From contig RBZT01000696.1 of assembly GCA_003693705.1 (NCBI GenBank), forward strand, positions 4,232-68,231: a DNA stretch of 64,000 nucleotides. The letters are read 5' to 3'. Below, piece by piece: positions 11,846 to 25,085 of the stretch. This stretch comes from Polymyxa betae A26-41. Taxonomy: Eukaryota > Protista > Endomyxa: Phytomyxea. The notes beneath the pieces were generated by a model. That model was not told the DNA's origin, ran no database searches, and worked only from the letters and a program-made list of their open reading frames with translations. Position 1 is the stretch's first letter; each line of letters opens with the position of its first letter. The translations under genes and the position numbers were made by a program.

Positions 11846-12172
11846 TTAGGGTTTCGGAGCCGGTTCGCGCTTGAATAACGTCCGCTGGCCGCAGATGATG
11901 ACTGCGGGCGTCGTAGACCGGTCGCTGTCGATCGCGTAGTCCCAGGGATGTCTCTTGACGTGCTGGCCCTTGGATGGTGATGGTGGAGGGGACGGACTGT
12001 CGCTGGGACGCATCCTGTCTCGCAGCGGACGCCGGTCTGATGAAGGTGTCGTCATGTTGGTTGTGTCGGTTGGTTTGCAGAATGAAGGTCGGCCGAGAGA
12101 GGGCCTTCTGTAGACCCATGAAACGGCCGATTTCGCCCATATGTCGAGATGCGGGAGAATGTGGCTGTCCAT
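11846..12172 (-). CDS. Hypothetical Pro/Ser-rich small protein
   Basis: Open frame in a GC-rich patch; its stop lies within AAACCCTAA. Confidence 0.25.
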   Translation of the reverse strand: MDSHILPHLDIWAKSAVSWVYRRPSLGRPSFCKPTDTTNMTTPSSDRRPLRDRMRPSDSPSPPPSPSKGQHVKRHPWDYAIDSDRSTTPAVIICGQRTLFKREPAPKP

Positions 12173-13824
12173 GGAGCGTCCGGCTTCACAAAGTCCACAA
12201 ACGGGTTTCGGATTTAGGGTGACTTGAGTCACAGATTGCGTCGATGTTCGCGGGAATCAAATGCAATCGAATCGGCATCCTGCTGCTGGTCGATCACATG
12301 CAGACTCCGTTTCGGCAATGTCAAATCGCAATCCAAGGGAGACGAAGTCGAGGAAGAAGAGGAAGTGGAGGATGAAGAATACAAAGAAGTTGAAGACGAT
12401 GCACTCTCGAACGAGATTGGGCTTCCAACGATGCATTCTGGCATCAGATTGCCGATATTTAAAATGTTATACTGTAAGACATTGCCATCTATAGTTTCAT
12501 TACCTACTGCCCTGCAAAACCCTAAAGATTTACGCTTCGCACGAGGCTGTAAATGATAACGATACTCTCAGCGGTTATCAAAAGGGTCTAGTAGGGATTC
12601 TATGACAAAGACATCCTCAAAGGAAGGAATGTCTCGAGTCTGACCAGAAACGTCAGACAGAGGATGAGATGATTGAGAACATTGACCAGATCACAAATGA
12701 TTTTCGATCTCATCTTCTTGGTGAGGACACTGCGATAGCGGAGATTCGAGTCAAAGGTCCTGTTAAGAGCCTCTCCGTGATAGGGATGGCACACTCGAGG
12801 TAGGTGGCGCTCTTATATGTTAAGTAACTCTGAAGCTTCGACCTTACTACAAGCTGACAGATCATTGCTTGGACGATTAAGAGTCTTACGATAGTTCTGG
12901 GCCCATTATCAATCAAAAGACACAATCTGAAAGTGATGGGTCTCAAGAGAGATGAGAACATGTTTTTGGTGGTGGCTTTCAACCGAGAATCCGCAGTGGA
13001 GGCAGAGAGTGATTTTAGGGAATGAGAATTGTTTAGTAGGTTAATTTTAAATACTATCATCGACAGAAACGAGGTCGTTCATGGTGGCACGCCATCTTTC
13101 AGGTAGCTGACAGTGTTAGGCCGGTAGGTTGGTGGCTCGGCTGCGCAGCCCGCACCTCAGTCTGAACTCCGAAACGCTCCGTCCCGCGGCCACCCTGTAA
13201 AACAAGAGACGAGCGTACGACGAAACAACGAGATTGATTGGATTTGTTGTTCAGAAACCCCGTGACGGAGTCTACCGTTACTTGATCTCCGTCAATTGAT
13301 GGATGGTGACCTTCTTACACAGATCCCTTTCCCAGCAGGCGACAATTTCTAGGGCTGGATTTCACTTTGTGAGGACTATGCCCATATCGGTCTCGCCGAG
13401 CTGCTTTGCGATGCCCGCCCGACTGGCCTGACAGCGTAATCTTTCTTACAATCCTTTTCCGATCTTCGTCTGAAGGCAACTCCGATGATGCGCTTGCTGC
13501 TTTTTGAAAACTAATTGCAATCATCAATCCGCAGGAACGCTTCTAAATCCCAATCTTCTTCATATCATTTTTTAGAGTCAGTATCTTGAAGCCTCACAAT
13601 GATGCTCGATAGGTAAGGTACGTGCTCTCTGGAAGACGAATCAGCTCACTCAAATTTCTCATTCTCGTAAGGTAATGATTGGATCCTTCTGTCCAATCTG
13701 CCTTTGGAATCGCAATAATTTCATGATCGACAGAGCACTAACTTCAGTAGTCTTGATAAGGCAAGGCTCAGATTTCATTCATGATTCGTAACAGGTCTTC
13801 AAAAGAGAGCGCTCTGACGATTTA

Positions 13825-14642
13825 TCAAATCAAGGAAAGGCATCGCTCTGCGATTACAGGCCACATGTAGGTGGTGTCTTCCTCACCGGAATCATAGACG
13901 AGTTTCAAGCCATCAATATAACGTTTACGGATCCACTTCACAGATTCTGCAGTCCATTTCGGAGCCAGGATATCTACGCAGGATTTGAATAAGACCACCA
14001 TATCATTTCCTTTCACGATTAACGAGAATTCTTTGACCGCGTGACTCCTCGATGTATATCTCATGATAGTGGAAAACTGCAGATCTAGTCTGAGATCACA
14101 GCAGGAGACCATTTGCAAGAAATCGCAAGGACTGACTCTGTAGAGATTCAAATCAAATCGAAAGTCGTAAAAACGGATTCCGATTGCATTCAAGCAAGCC
14201 TGCTGAGTATCCGGCAGATTATAATCTCGTGCGAAGAAGAGCAGGTCGAGGTCGTCCAGGCCTTCCTTCGACTTCAGAAGATGATCGCAGATCTTCGTAA
14301 CCGGCGCCGATATCAGATAATCAGCGACGACAGCTGCTGATTTGATATCATCAAGGCAACTTTGGGTGAGATGATGCAGGCCGTACACGACGATGAGATA
14401 GAGTTTGAGCCAATCGAGATTTTTGGACTTGTCGGCATTCCACATTGGAAGATTGATGTGGATTTCTTGACGTTCATCATTTAAAGGGGATGTCAACATC
14501 TGTTGATATAGACGCTTTTGTTAGCGAGCACATCCTGGTGACAGAAGATCTTGGAGCCGTCGACAATCAGGACAAGGTCGCTGGTAGACTCCTTGTTGAA
14601 GATGGCCTCCATGGCATCGTGCAGCAGCGTCGAAGACGACAT
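13825..14642 (-). pseudogene. BTB/POZ-BACK domain protein with a single frameshift at ~14500
   Basis: MSSSTLLHDAMEAIFNKESTSDLVLIVDGSKIFCHQDVLANKSVYINR (BTB N-terminus) continues as MLTSPLNDERQEIHINLP...ADYL in another frame. Confidence 0.75.
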
Positions 14643-14754
14643 TCCAGTGTAAACTAGACCAAGAGTTCCGCCCAGCTGGTACTAAGATAAAATAAAAATT
14701 GTGGCAATGACAGCAAGTACTGTAATTGCAAGGTCCGCTCTCGGCATTAATAAA

Positions 14755-14891
14755 AGTGCGCCTATTACGCACTGTCAAAAAACAAGCTGGTAACAATGTG
14801 CGTGGGCTCTAAGAACAGTCCGCTGTCGACCGATTGGACAGTGCGCACGTTACGCACTGTCCAAAAACAAACGGTCAAAACGTGCGTGGGC
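14755..14891. repeat. Two imperfect ~52-bp direct repeats; second overlaps a perfect 12-bp-stem hairpin
   Basis: agtgcgc..ttacgcactgtc.aaaaacaa..gtgcgtgggc occurs twice. TTGGACAGTGCG-cacgtta-CGCACTGTCCAA lies at 14834-14864. Confidence 0.8.
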
Positions 14892-15029
14892 AGTGCTCGA
14901 GCAAAGTGGGCGGTTCATATTTTTTCAATTCCTGCCCATGGAACGCCGTGTCTGCGTGACCAATTATAACCTATTCATGGGTCCTCACTGTGCCGATTGT
15001 GCTGCGAGCCTACGATCGACGTAAAAGTG

Positions 15030-15661
15030 TGTTGGTTTGGGTGATCTTAGAAGTATCCGGCCAGGCTCTTCTGGTGATTCTGCCAAGCAGCTCTACACTC
15101 CTATCCATGAGATAATTTCGAACGAATAATGCGGACAACAAACAAAGGAAAACACGGCTTTAGATGGTGTCTTGTTTTCGAGCCGTCATCACGGAGACGC
15201 CGCAATAGCCAGTGATGGAACAGATTTCCTAGTTCGTTGACGAACTAGGCAACGCCGACCTTGAACTGACCACCAAGACTATCCATCTTCACCATGAACA
15301 ACTACGATCCGAACTTTTAGGGCGATGAAACCAGAGAAATCGTCCACATCAATTTGACGCCGCTAAAACGATGCAGAAATACGCACTTGAGGCAACGCTT
15401 TACAAAGTGGACAGTTATGAGCGTGGCCATAATGCTTTTAGATGCACTTGGCTTAGCCTGCAGAGAACATAACAGTGTGATAATGGCAGCAGGGGCATAA
15501 AACCAAAACATGCCCCATTTTGACTGCAGCGTCCAGGCCGAGGTAGCATCAACAAATTTGCTGTATCGGAAATTGACGAATCCGCCGCTTGCGCAGAGAT
15601 ACAGAATCGGGCCGAAGAGAAGAGTCGCTGCTGCCAGTAAATCTGCTATCGATAGAGACAT
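15030..15661 (-). pseudogene. 3-oxo-5-alpha-steroid 4-dehydrogenase/enoyl-reductase-like pseudogene
   Basis: HFVKRCLKCVFLHRFSG and, beyond stops, NELGNLFHHWLLRRLR, both typical of the family. The C-terminal half is broken. Confidence 0.7.
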
Positions 15662-15853
15662 ATCACTTTAAAATGATATCGCGAATGAAGGACTAAAGAT
15701 AGACATTGGATGAAGGACACTGACGGCAGGCTGCGCTCAGCGGGCTGCGTTAGCTTTCGTCGTTAACAATCAATGCTGCAGATTGTTGCTAACAGAGACT
15801 GCAGATAACAGCTAACAATCTCGTGATAATTTGGGAGATTGTACAAGAATCGC

Positions 15854-16117
15854 TTATAGACCCCGTGATCTGAAAGCAGAAGATATCCGTTCAAATGCTG
15901 CCTTTGTTTGGCGAACAGCTGGACCAGCACCTCTCACCACTCCTGTTAGGAATAGAGTTAACCCGACCACAGAACCGGCAGCGAATAGGATCGCCCTTGG
16001 AACGGTTGCCGGATGTCTTTGCATCTGTACCCACCAGTAGTATGTAACGACGGTAATGCCGATCCCAACCAATGTAATGGCGAGCAAGACAGCATTCTTA
16101 GGCCTGATCCAGGCCAT
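15854..16117 (-). CDS. Small two-TM protein (87 aa)
   Basis: Intact ORF with two hydrophobic helices. Confidence 0.5.
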   Translation of the reverse strand: MAWIRPKNAVLLAITLVGIGITVVTYYWWVQMQRHPATVPRAILFAAGSVVGLTLFLTGVVRGAGPAVRQTKAAFERISSAFRSRGL

Positions 16118-16741
16118 GTCTCACACCGATGTCGAAATCGGACGAATTTTGAAAAGCGTTGCTTATCACTCGGTTATTTCACTTTTTATAAGGAACTTTG
16201 TAAGTTCTTGCTTTCGTTGGCTGGGTAGATTAGATTTGCTGATTGATCTAAATGTTCAATGGGATAATAGGATGATGCCTGGTTTGTCATGTCTTCGTGT
16301 GCAACCCAGAACTTTGCTATAGACTGGCATATATCGATTGAAATATGACAACATTTCAGGTTTCATCACACACGAGAACCGATTCTGCCGTATCACATTC
16401 CAAATTGCGAAGCCAAGGCGCAGGGGACCGGCTGGGAGCCGCTTTGTGATGTATCGTGTGTATAATCCTTGTTTTAGCGACCACCACCAAATTCAGAAAA
16501 TGTGATGTGTTGGGATCTTCAGTTTTTGCAATCGCACTATCTAAAAAGGTTATAATAAAGAAATCTAATTGTTTTACGAGAGGGACAACTTTTCTTGCTT
16601 CAAGCCCATTCTTTTCGTAACCAAACACCGAATAATCATCAGAAGCGACTTCCTTTACGACGACTTGCAAACATATTAAACTAGCTTAAACAGATTGATA
16701 TATGGTACAATGGGATGAATTGAACAATGGGTCTGAGAGAT

Positions 16742-19700
16742 TTAGAGTGGGTTGTAGAGCTGCACGAAATGAGCGTTAGGATCGTGCCTCGACTTAAAGG
16801 CAATAGATAAGAAGATTTGCTCCAGTGTGGCTTCTCCAACGATAGCATCCTGAACAGGAATATCACGGCCGTGTTCGTGAACGAATGCGAACAAAGAAGC
16901 CAACGATTGCACTTCCGCTTTTGGAACCCAAAATCGCAGATGAGTTCCATCAGCTTCAACCAGAACGGCGCGAGGATACTTGTTTGTGAACCAGTTACGA
17001 ATCACACCAACATGTTCTCGAGCGGTGGTGTTCAGATCAATTTGGTAATGATTACCAAATTTACGTGAGAGATGGCCGGCGCTTCCCAGACAGACGATCT
17101 CTCCGTTGACCATGATTGAGATACGATCACAGACAGCTTCGGCTTCATCCAGCTGATGAGTAGTCAAGAGCAGACAGCGGCTAGGATCGGCTTGGATTTC
17201 AGCGAACATTGCCCAAAAACGACGTCGACTGGCAGGATCCACACCGATCGAAGGCTCATCCATCAGCACCACTTTGCGCTTGATCATGAGGGCCAGAGCG
17301 ACACAGAGCTTACGCTTCATTCCGCCAGAATATGTTTCGCTTCGACGATCAGCTGCCTTGTCAAGACCAACATTGAAAAGGATGTTGTCGACCAATTCAG
17401 ATCGAATACTCTTCGGGACACCCTGTAAAACAAATTAAAAATATGCTAAAAGCTAGAGAAAGAAATCCAATATCTTGATAAAGATTGAGCTTAGAAACTT
17501 GAAACAAAAATGCAAACTTACTGCTAATCGAGCGATAAACGCCAATTGCTGCCTTCCAGTCATCTTTCCAATAAGAATTTTGTCATGCTGAGGGACATAG
17601 CCAATATGTTGACGAGCCGCGAATTCGTCTTCGTTAACTTTGATGCCGGCAACCTTGACATAACCACGAGATGGAGCAGAGATTCCAAGCATGCACTGAA
17701 TCGAACTCGTTTTTCCACTTCCATTGATACCGAGGAAAGCCAAAGACTGTCCACCGGGAACTCCCACATTGGTTCCTCGAACAGCAACAGTTCTGTCGTA
17801 GGATTTCGCCAAATCCACAACCTGAATAACGTCATTTGCTCAAGACTTGATGCGGTTCGATTCCAACAGGACATCTTCGTCAGATACGCGCCCAATGTCC
17901 AGTCCAGTAATAGGGCTGCTAAAAGAAGCCAGACGATTTGGATGCAAACGATAATACTCAGCAACAACGGCGACAGCAAAGTAAATAACTCCCATCACGA
18001 TGAAAAGAATAATCAAAGTAGACGGTGTTATTACATTGACACCGATACGTCGGAAAAAGAACAGGATAATAGGATGAATTTGGCATGCTTGTACAGCGTA
18101 TTTCAAGAAGGGCAGCTTTCCTGAGAACTGATCCACAAAATAAATAATCAAAACCGGGACCCAAGCGGCCTTGAAAGGACTTTTGGAATTTGAAGTCGAT
18201 CGGATGCACGCCATGAACCCAACCATAGCAAACACCAGTGCTGAAACAACGCCGGGCGAAAACTCATCAGGGATTGGATGATCCGAGGATTGCCAGATTG
18301 ACATAACGATGGCAAACGGGATGGCTGTTTGAAGCAGATTGAAGGCGATGATGGTAGCCCAATAGACGAAAGAATTCATTCCAAAAATATCCAATTGCAA
18401 GCGGATGTCAGATTGCTGTGGACATATCTGATCACAATTAACAAAACGTTAAAGTGCTTACAGTAAAATGCGAAAGATTGGAGCACGCGTGGGGTGCACA
18501 TACAAAAAACGACAGCACAATAGCAAGAACGAATAAATCCACACCTGACCACAAAGTAATCGCGGCGAGAAAAATCGGGAAAAACAGCGACAGATGATGA
18601 CCGACATCCGAGCGGAAATAGTGCCAGATCAGAATTACAATGGAGATGAAATGAGTCCCAAGAGAAACAGGGACAGGAATATAGCTGGGAAGAGACTTCT
18701 GAATATCAAGGTCCTTACAAAGCTGCTCTTCATGCGCTTTTGTGATACTCAGGAATACGTCTTCTAATCGCGAAGGAACGAGTGCGTAATGTTGAATCTT
18801 GAGGTCAGATTTCTGAGCTTCAATCTCTTTAAGCAGTTTGGTCATCAAGGGGACATCCTAAAGAAGATTTTAATGGATGGAAGAGATCATATCCGATGCA
18901 TCAATTACTTCGTTCGGGATTTGAAAAGATAAGTCGTGCCCATTATGTAAACGGAGAAGTTTGGCAATTGGAACCACATTGTTCACAAGATCCTTGACTT
19001 TAGATGGGTCGATATCGGATTGCTCAGCCAGCTTGAAGGAGATAAGATAACCGGAACCAAGATTATATTTCAAGAACATGGGAGATCCAAGACATTGCAT
19101 TGATCCAGCAGACATGATCCCGATACGGTCTCCCAAAGCTTCGGCTTCGCTCATGCTATGGAAGTACAATGTTATAACAGGATAACAATAAGCAAAACCC
19201 TAGCATTTCAATAGTGATAGCGATAACAATTGAATCGTTTCTGAAGCAAAAACAGATACATCATACTTGTGTGTTGTCATGATGATAGTTCGTCCTGGCC
19301 TTAATGTTCGGATGACAGACCAGAGCTCCAGAGACGATTCAATATCCATACCGGAAGAAGGTTCGTCCAGGATAACGGTCTTGTTTTCACCCGAAAAACT
19401 AGGAAGCAATCTGAGCGAAAAATGTCAAGGGATCAGAATCAAGCTAACGCTAGCGCGACGGAAAGCTTTCGTTTCTGCCCACCGGACAGATCCTTGGCCA
19501 TGGAGTGCATTTTCTTCAGCATTCCCATCCTCTCCAACATCATTTCAGCATTGGAATTGACTTGCGCAGGGTGCTGGCCTCGGAGTCGTCCATACAGCTC
19601 CAGAATCTCCAGCGGCTTGAAATTGTCATAGAAAGCATCGAATTGAGGACAGATTCCAACAGAAGCACGGGCTTCTGTAGGATTTTTTGAACTATCGAAC

Positions 19701-20880
19701 CCATTGACGATGATACGTCCATGGGTAACGGATTGAATACCAACAAGGCATTCAAGAAGTGTGGTTTTGCCAGCACCGTTTTGTCCTAACGGTAAAAAAC
19801 TTTTAAGCAATGTGTGAATTTCATAGCGAAGAGGCTACCTAATAAGGCGAAAATCTCGCTCTCATAAACGTTGAGAGAGAGATCCGCAACAGCGACAACG
19901 CTTCCGCCGTCAAACTCCTTGACGACATTTTCGATGGCAACACCAGCCGGGCGCTGCTTATCAGTAGATTCGAAGCGCTTAGGATCAACAGCTGTCGTAA
20001 CGATACGAGTGGGATTAGCCTTGACACTCTTCTTGAGGAAGAAATTCCACTGTCGAGACGATCCATGCTGCGATTTGATGATTTGATGAAGATACATGCC
20101 CAATGATAGATAGACAGGAATTTGGAAGAGAGGAATTAGGAACAGTCTGACAGGGAAATAACCAATCCCTGATTCGTACATTGGAGTAGTATTGTAGGCA
20201 ATCAAACCGGCAGGATGCAGATATTGCATTACCAAGGCAACACTGTCAAGGAAATCTTCAATATCGGAAGAGAGTTGAACGCCATTCATCTTAAGGATAT
20301 AAGTGATTACAACCGGCAGAGCAGGTGTAAACCATGCGAACGACACAAAAAATCGAGCGATTTTGCTGTTATCGAAAAACGCACATTGAGCATAAGCGAC
20401 AGCAGCCGCCGAGATTAACGCGAAAAAATAGATTATGACCGTCATTGGACAATCATTCGCGATTTCCAAAGGCTGCATCTGCTCCATAATTTACAAAGCA
20501 GTGATTACTGGAAGAATTAACCACTCAGCAACAATCCTGCAATAGTGCAGCAAATAGGAGAACGCGTACTGAACCTCCCCAACACCTTGAATGCGGAAAT
20601 GTTCCCGGATCTTGCTTGTTTTATCGAGCATAACTCGAGAAACTACTTCGTCCATCAGCAAGATAAAAGGAAGCGATATCAATATAAAAACTAACAGAAA
20701 TCCGAGTAAAGTAAAGCCGTCGTTAAATGCAGTAGCAAATACCGCGGTCGTGAAATAAACTGCTCCTGCCAAAACGCAATTGCTAAGCAATGCCTTGAAA
20801 ATAAACATGCCCATCGAGCGCTTGGTTTGGATCCAGTTCTTCCAAAGAAGAGCGGAAACCTGGCTCCTGACTAGCGACAT
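16742..20880 (-). CDS. ABC transporter subfamily A, full size, multi-exon
   Basis: N-terminal QVSALLWKNW; Walker A GQNGAGKTT and GINGSGKTS; signatures LSGGQKRKL and YSGGMKRKL; LDEPSSG and MDEPSIG; TLEQIFL; two TM domains. Confidence 0.93.
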
Positions 20881-22477
20881 CGTGAGAGCGTCGCAGAAGA
20901 GCCTCGTTCGTGCTCAGATATAAAGAGAGTGCGAGTCTTGCAAGATCTTGGAGAGAGAGAGAGAGACAATGCAAAGGGTACCTTCATACTTACTGTATAG
21001 AGGGTACCGCAGCAGACAACATTGGCAGTCCAAATTTTACGCAGAAGCGTTTGCGCGACAGGGCCTGACTTGAAAGATTCTTGTAGGAATAAGCATTAGG
21101 GGATATCAAAGTTGGCTTCTCGCAAAAAAATTAAAGNNNNNNNNNNNNNNNNNNNNNNNNNNCGGAATGCGCAAGTTTGATACCCCCTATTGGAAGAGTT
21201 GGATTAAATCAAAGATGAATTTGAATCAGATTCTCATTACACTCCCAATGTTCCGAAATATTCGATCCAAAATATGCCCAAGAGTTGGCGACGAGCCAAA
21301 TGTGTCGACTGTCGAGAACATTCATCAATTCGACCGGCTGGCTCATGATAGTTCTGTGCAGCTCAAATGTACTTCGTGATATGGGTCATGGTACTCATGC
21401 AGATGAAATAAAGTCCCGAATGTAATGTACGTTTACATATGTTATAATCATGAATGGGACCCTTGTTAGATCCGCTCTATCTGGTAGTCTAATCGATACG
21501 CATCTCAGTTCGTTATATTATCAATCTTTGAATTTTCTAAGCTGCTATCGAGCTTAGATTACAAAACCCAAGCGTTAGGATGCTTTGGTTCGTCAGGCAT
21601 GCTCAGCTGATGTTTGGCGCTGCAGCTAAATAGACGAGTTCTTGTCTACTATACCATCTCTCTTTCGAAGAGACTCGTTTAGAGGTTATGAAATATTGAA
21701 CCGTCTCTGCTTTCGAACTCATCAAAAAACACACTTAGCCTGTTGAAGGAATGACTTGAGTGTGTGGTTTCCAAGTTTCAAATCTGAGTTGATGAAATGA
21801 CTTTCAAGAAACTCTGTATTTTTATAAATAAATTAATCGCGCTGTCGTCTGTTGGTTGCTGGCTGATCTGCTTGATCCGTCTCTCTCGTCGGTCATGTCT
21901 CACAAACGATGGACACAGACAATTAGAACACAATATAAGAGTATTTTATATATTAGGTCGCAAAACATCACGACAGATAAATATGAACTCTCCTAGCCTT
22001 CACAGTTAAAAGAACTGCGAAAGAAAGTTCCAGCAACTACAGAGCCGACCATAGCCAACTGACTCGCTATCGCGATACTGGTGGCACTGGAAGATGACTC
22101 GGACACCAAACTATTCGCACATTCAACATCGTCATCACTTTCAAGTTGGCAAACGGCGGTCAAGCGGAATTGAGTTACGCTTTTACTTATGAAAAAATGA
22201 TCAGAAAAAGGCACAGAAAAAGGACAGGACAGAAGAGGGCGGCGCAAACGTCGCTTAATAGAAGCGAAACTTGCGAACAGGTGGTGCTGGGCCGCAGCTA
22301 TTCAAGCTGCTGTGGCGGGAGCAGCCTTTAAATCGGGCTGTGCATGAGCGGCCTTTCATCNNNNNNNNNNNNNNNNNNNNNNNNNNNNNNNNNNNNNNNN
22401 NNNNNNNNNNNNNNNNNNNNNNNNNNNNNNNNNNNNNNNNNNNNNNNNNNNNNNNNNNNNNNNNNNNNNNNNNNNNN

Positions 22478-23400
22478 ATCGGGCTGTGCATGAGCGGCCT
22501 CTTCGTCTCCTACAGTTCTTCACTTTTCAGACTTCAGGAGGCTTCGCAGGTGTGGCCTCTTCATGTTGGCGGTAAGCTATCAGTCAAAAGAACTATTCGA
22601 CCTCAAGAACTCGCATATAATGAATATATGAGGACAAACACAGGATGGTTTCGCACAACGCCAATACCTCTCCTGCATGAAATAGCCAACGTTCATTTAT
22701 CTCTTTATAAAATCATTACGGATTCTCCACTAACAGTTCTCAAAGCTGAAGCCCAGGGAAACCTCGTTCCGGATGCAAGGCTGATTGGATTGATGGACCC
22801 CATTCGGGAAGACTATCCGTGGAATAAAGAGCGAACAATTATGACTTCAAAATCCACCCACTGGCAAAAAAATCCGCATGAAATGTTGGCGAAATCTCCA
22901 CCTAAGCAATCGCAAAGCTAACTTTAAAAAACTTAGGAACGGCCAACTGATACCCACACACCCAGATATAGCCGTATGGACAAACGGCAGCCTATTTCGA
23001 ATAGACGATGAGACTATGGCAGGGGCAGCAGCAATTGTCCATATCTCAGACCCGGATCCTCACTGCGCAATATCCGAACTACGTATCCAAACAGAACTAT
23101 GTAACATCCCGTTATGCATCTGAGATGATCGCCATACAGGCGGGATTGGAGAGTATTCTTTCTCTAGCTCGCTCTCAGCGACATCTTCATGTCTTTACAG
23201 ACTCCTTATTCATGCTTACAGCAGCTTCATACAATACCATGCAAATATTTCTTCACAAAATCAGTAGTTAATGACGTAGCCGAGAAGCTTGCTGACCTCC
23301 ATACAGTGGAACTGCATTATATTCCCAGTGACTCTGGGGAAATCCAGGAAAGTTGTCAAATAGATGACCTTGCAAATTGCAAAAAATGCTGCATCGACTG
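22478..23400 (+). mobile_element. Degenerate non-LTR retrotransposon 3' part (RNase H domain)
   Basis: VWTNGS...AGAA, ASEMIAIQAGL, HVFTDSL and LHYIPSDSG...IDDLA are spread over three frames. The element abuts an assembly gap. Confidence 0.75.
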
Positions 23401-24077
23401 GAGACGATGTCGATCATGACCCGCTGATTTCGCCTAATAGTTGAGGCTAAAGACAACAGAGAAGAAAAATCTTCGGACATACTCAGGCCAGGTTTAAATT
23501 TGGTAATTACCAAAACTAAAAAAAATAAGTTTTCCCTAAAAATCGACATTTATTGGTGAAAAAAAAGAAAAACTGCTGCCAATCGGCCTACTTCATCTTC
23601 TGGACAATTATTCAAACTGCTTAGCTTGCATGATGCCTTCTAAAAAGAGGCTGGAGAGTCTCGCGAATCGCGATGCTCATTTTATATTTCTCCCATCCAA
23701 ACACCGAGAAATCCGATTCAACGGAGGAAGTGTTTGGGAAAACGGCGAGAAGGGCCCCCGCAAATGATCGAAGAAAGGGAAATCTTCCTTTCACGAAGTC
23801 CCAATTATTCTCAAAAGACAAATCGCTGCTTTCATCTTGAGCACTTTTCACTGTCGATTCGGTTTGATAAATTTTAAAAAGCTCTATCTGCTCCGAGGTA
23901 TTCTGACTCAACACTTTTAAAGACGCAAATATTTGTAACGAATTGCTCGCAATTACCATTTTGAAGGACTGCCATCGTTGCAGCAAAGGTGAAAACCTCT
24001 TCCGCAGAGCTTACCTAGATATTCAGGGAAGACTGATGGAGATTTTTCTTCGACTGGCCAGTTCTGAGAATCTCGCA

Positions 24078-24273
24078 AGTTGGAATGTATTTGAGTTTAG
24101 GGTTTAGGGTTCTAGGGTTTAGATTCACCGTGAACTCCCTATATACCTCTCAGTCCCTAATCTCCAAGTCCGTCGCGGCGTTCCAGCTCCAATGCTGGAT
24201 CCGACACTGCGAATAAAATCAGTCGTGTTGCCCTCTCTCCTCTCTTGTCTCCTCGTAGATCCATCACATAACA
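24078..24273 (+). mobile_element. Solo LTR (196 bp) with 5-bp target-site duplication TCGCA
   Basis: TCGCA at 24073-24077 and 24274-24278. Ends are aGTTGGAA... and ...TAACA (5' T mutated). Internal TATATA and AATAAA. Confidence 0.75.
24096..24122 (+). repeat. Interstitial telomere-type repeat (TTTAGGG)x~3.5
   Basis: tttagggtttagggttctagggtttag. Confidence 0.85.
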
Positions 24274-25013
24274 TCGCAATATACAGATTCGGCTAAAGTT
24301 TTATTAAAATTTTGTGTGAATTTTGGCAACTTTTAAATTTTATTTTGCTTAATTTGGTATCTAGAAATAGATTACCAAATTTAAATTGGCCTGGACATAC
24401 TGCATTGTTGAACAGAGCAAATTTGGCAACAATCCCGACGGAAGAGAAACGGTTATTTTATGTCTGACACATCTGCCTATGGCTTGATTGATTATAGCCT
24501 CATCAATTAAAGATTTGACTGACCAAAAGTCTTCGCTGTTAAGCTTACGCTTCGAAGGCTTTTTGAGTTAGCATCAGAAGGAATCATTATGTAAAAAAAC
24601 GTCCAATAATCGCAATGAACTTATCAAAATCGATGAAAATGTGCAAAAGACGGAATGTCAGGTTTTTCAAAAAACAACACTCAGCGTACTCTTAACCAAA
24701 AAAATTTAAGATCAATTGTCACTGTTGGTCAGAACAAAAATGTTAGGTAAAATGGGCACAAAAAGAAATTCATTACTACCATTGATCGCAATCCATTTTT
24801 AAGAGCAACTCAAGGGGCTTTCGTTTGTCGAATGGTTCAAAAAAAAAATGTGGATCTGTTATAGAGCCGACATCTGGAATAAAAATAATCAATTAATTAC
24901 TCAACCACAAGGGAACCTTGGTCAAAATTAAGGTAATCCCAAAGGCGAGAACCCGTCATACCAGTGGGAATCCCCTTCTTCATCTACTATAAACCAAAAA
25001 TAAGATAGAAAGT

Positions 25014-25085
25014 GCCTCCATAGCACAGTGGTAGTGCGCCCGCTTCGTAAGCGGTAGGTCGCAGGTTCGATCCCTGCTGGGGGCA
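25014..25085 (+). tRNA. tRNA-Thr(CGT)
   Basis: GCCTCCA TA GCAC AGTGGTA GTGC G CCCGC TTCGTAA GCGGT AGGTC GCAGG TTCGATC CCTGC TGGGGGC A. TATAAA at about -26; T-runs downstream. Confidence 0.93.

Larger units (their letters stand above)
23621..24320 (-). mobile_element. hAT-like transposase C-terminal relic, interrupted by a solo LTR
   Basis: WDFVKGRFPFLRSFAGALLAVFPNTSSVESDFSVFGWE resembles the hAT dimerisation region. Upstream LRDSQN..SPSVFPEYLGKL; frameshifted. Confidence 0.7.

Noticed and set aside
12224-13060. Acidic ORF (+) and overlapping Ser-rich ORFs (-)
   Set aside because: Low-complexity GAA-rich tract; no consistent gene model could be built.
13100-13340. RNase P/MRP-like RNA (GAGTTCAGACTGAGG, local hairpins)
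   Set aside because: No P4 pseudoknot pairing between candidate CR-I and CR-V segments could be found.
22332-22500. Direct repeat atcgggctgtgcatgagcggcct on both sides of the N-gap
   Set aside because: Most likely a contig overlap or scaffolding artefact.
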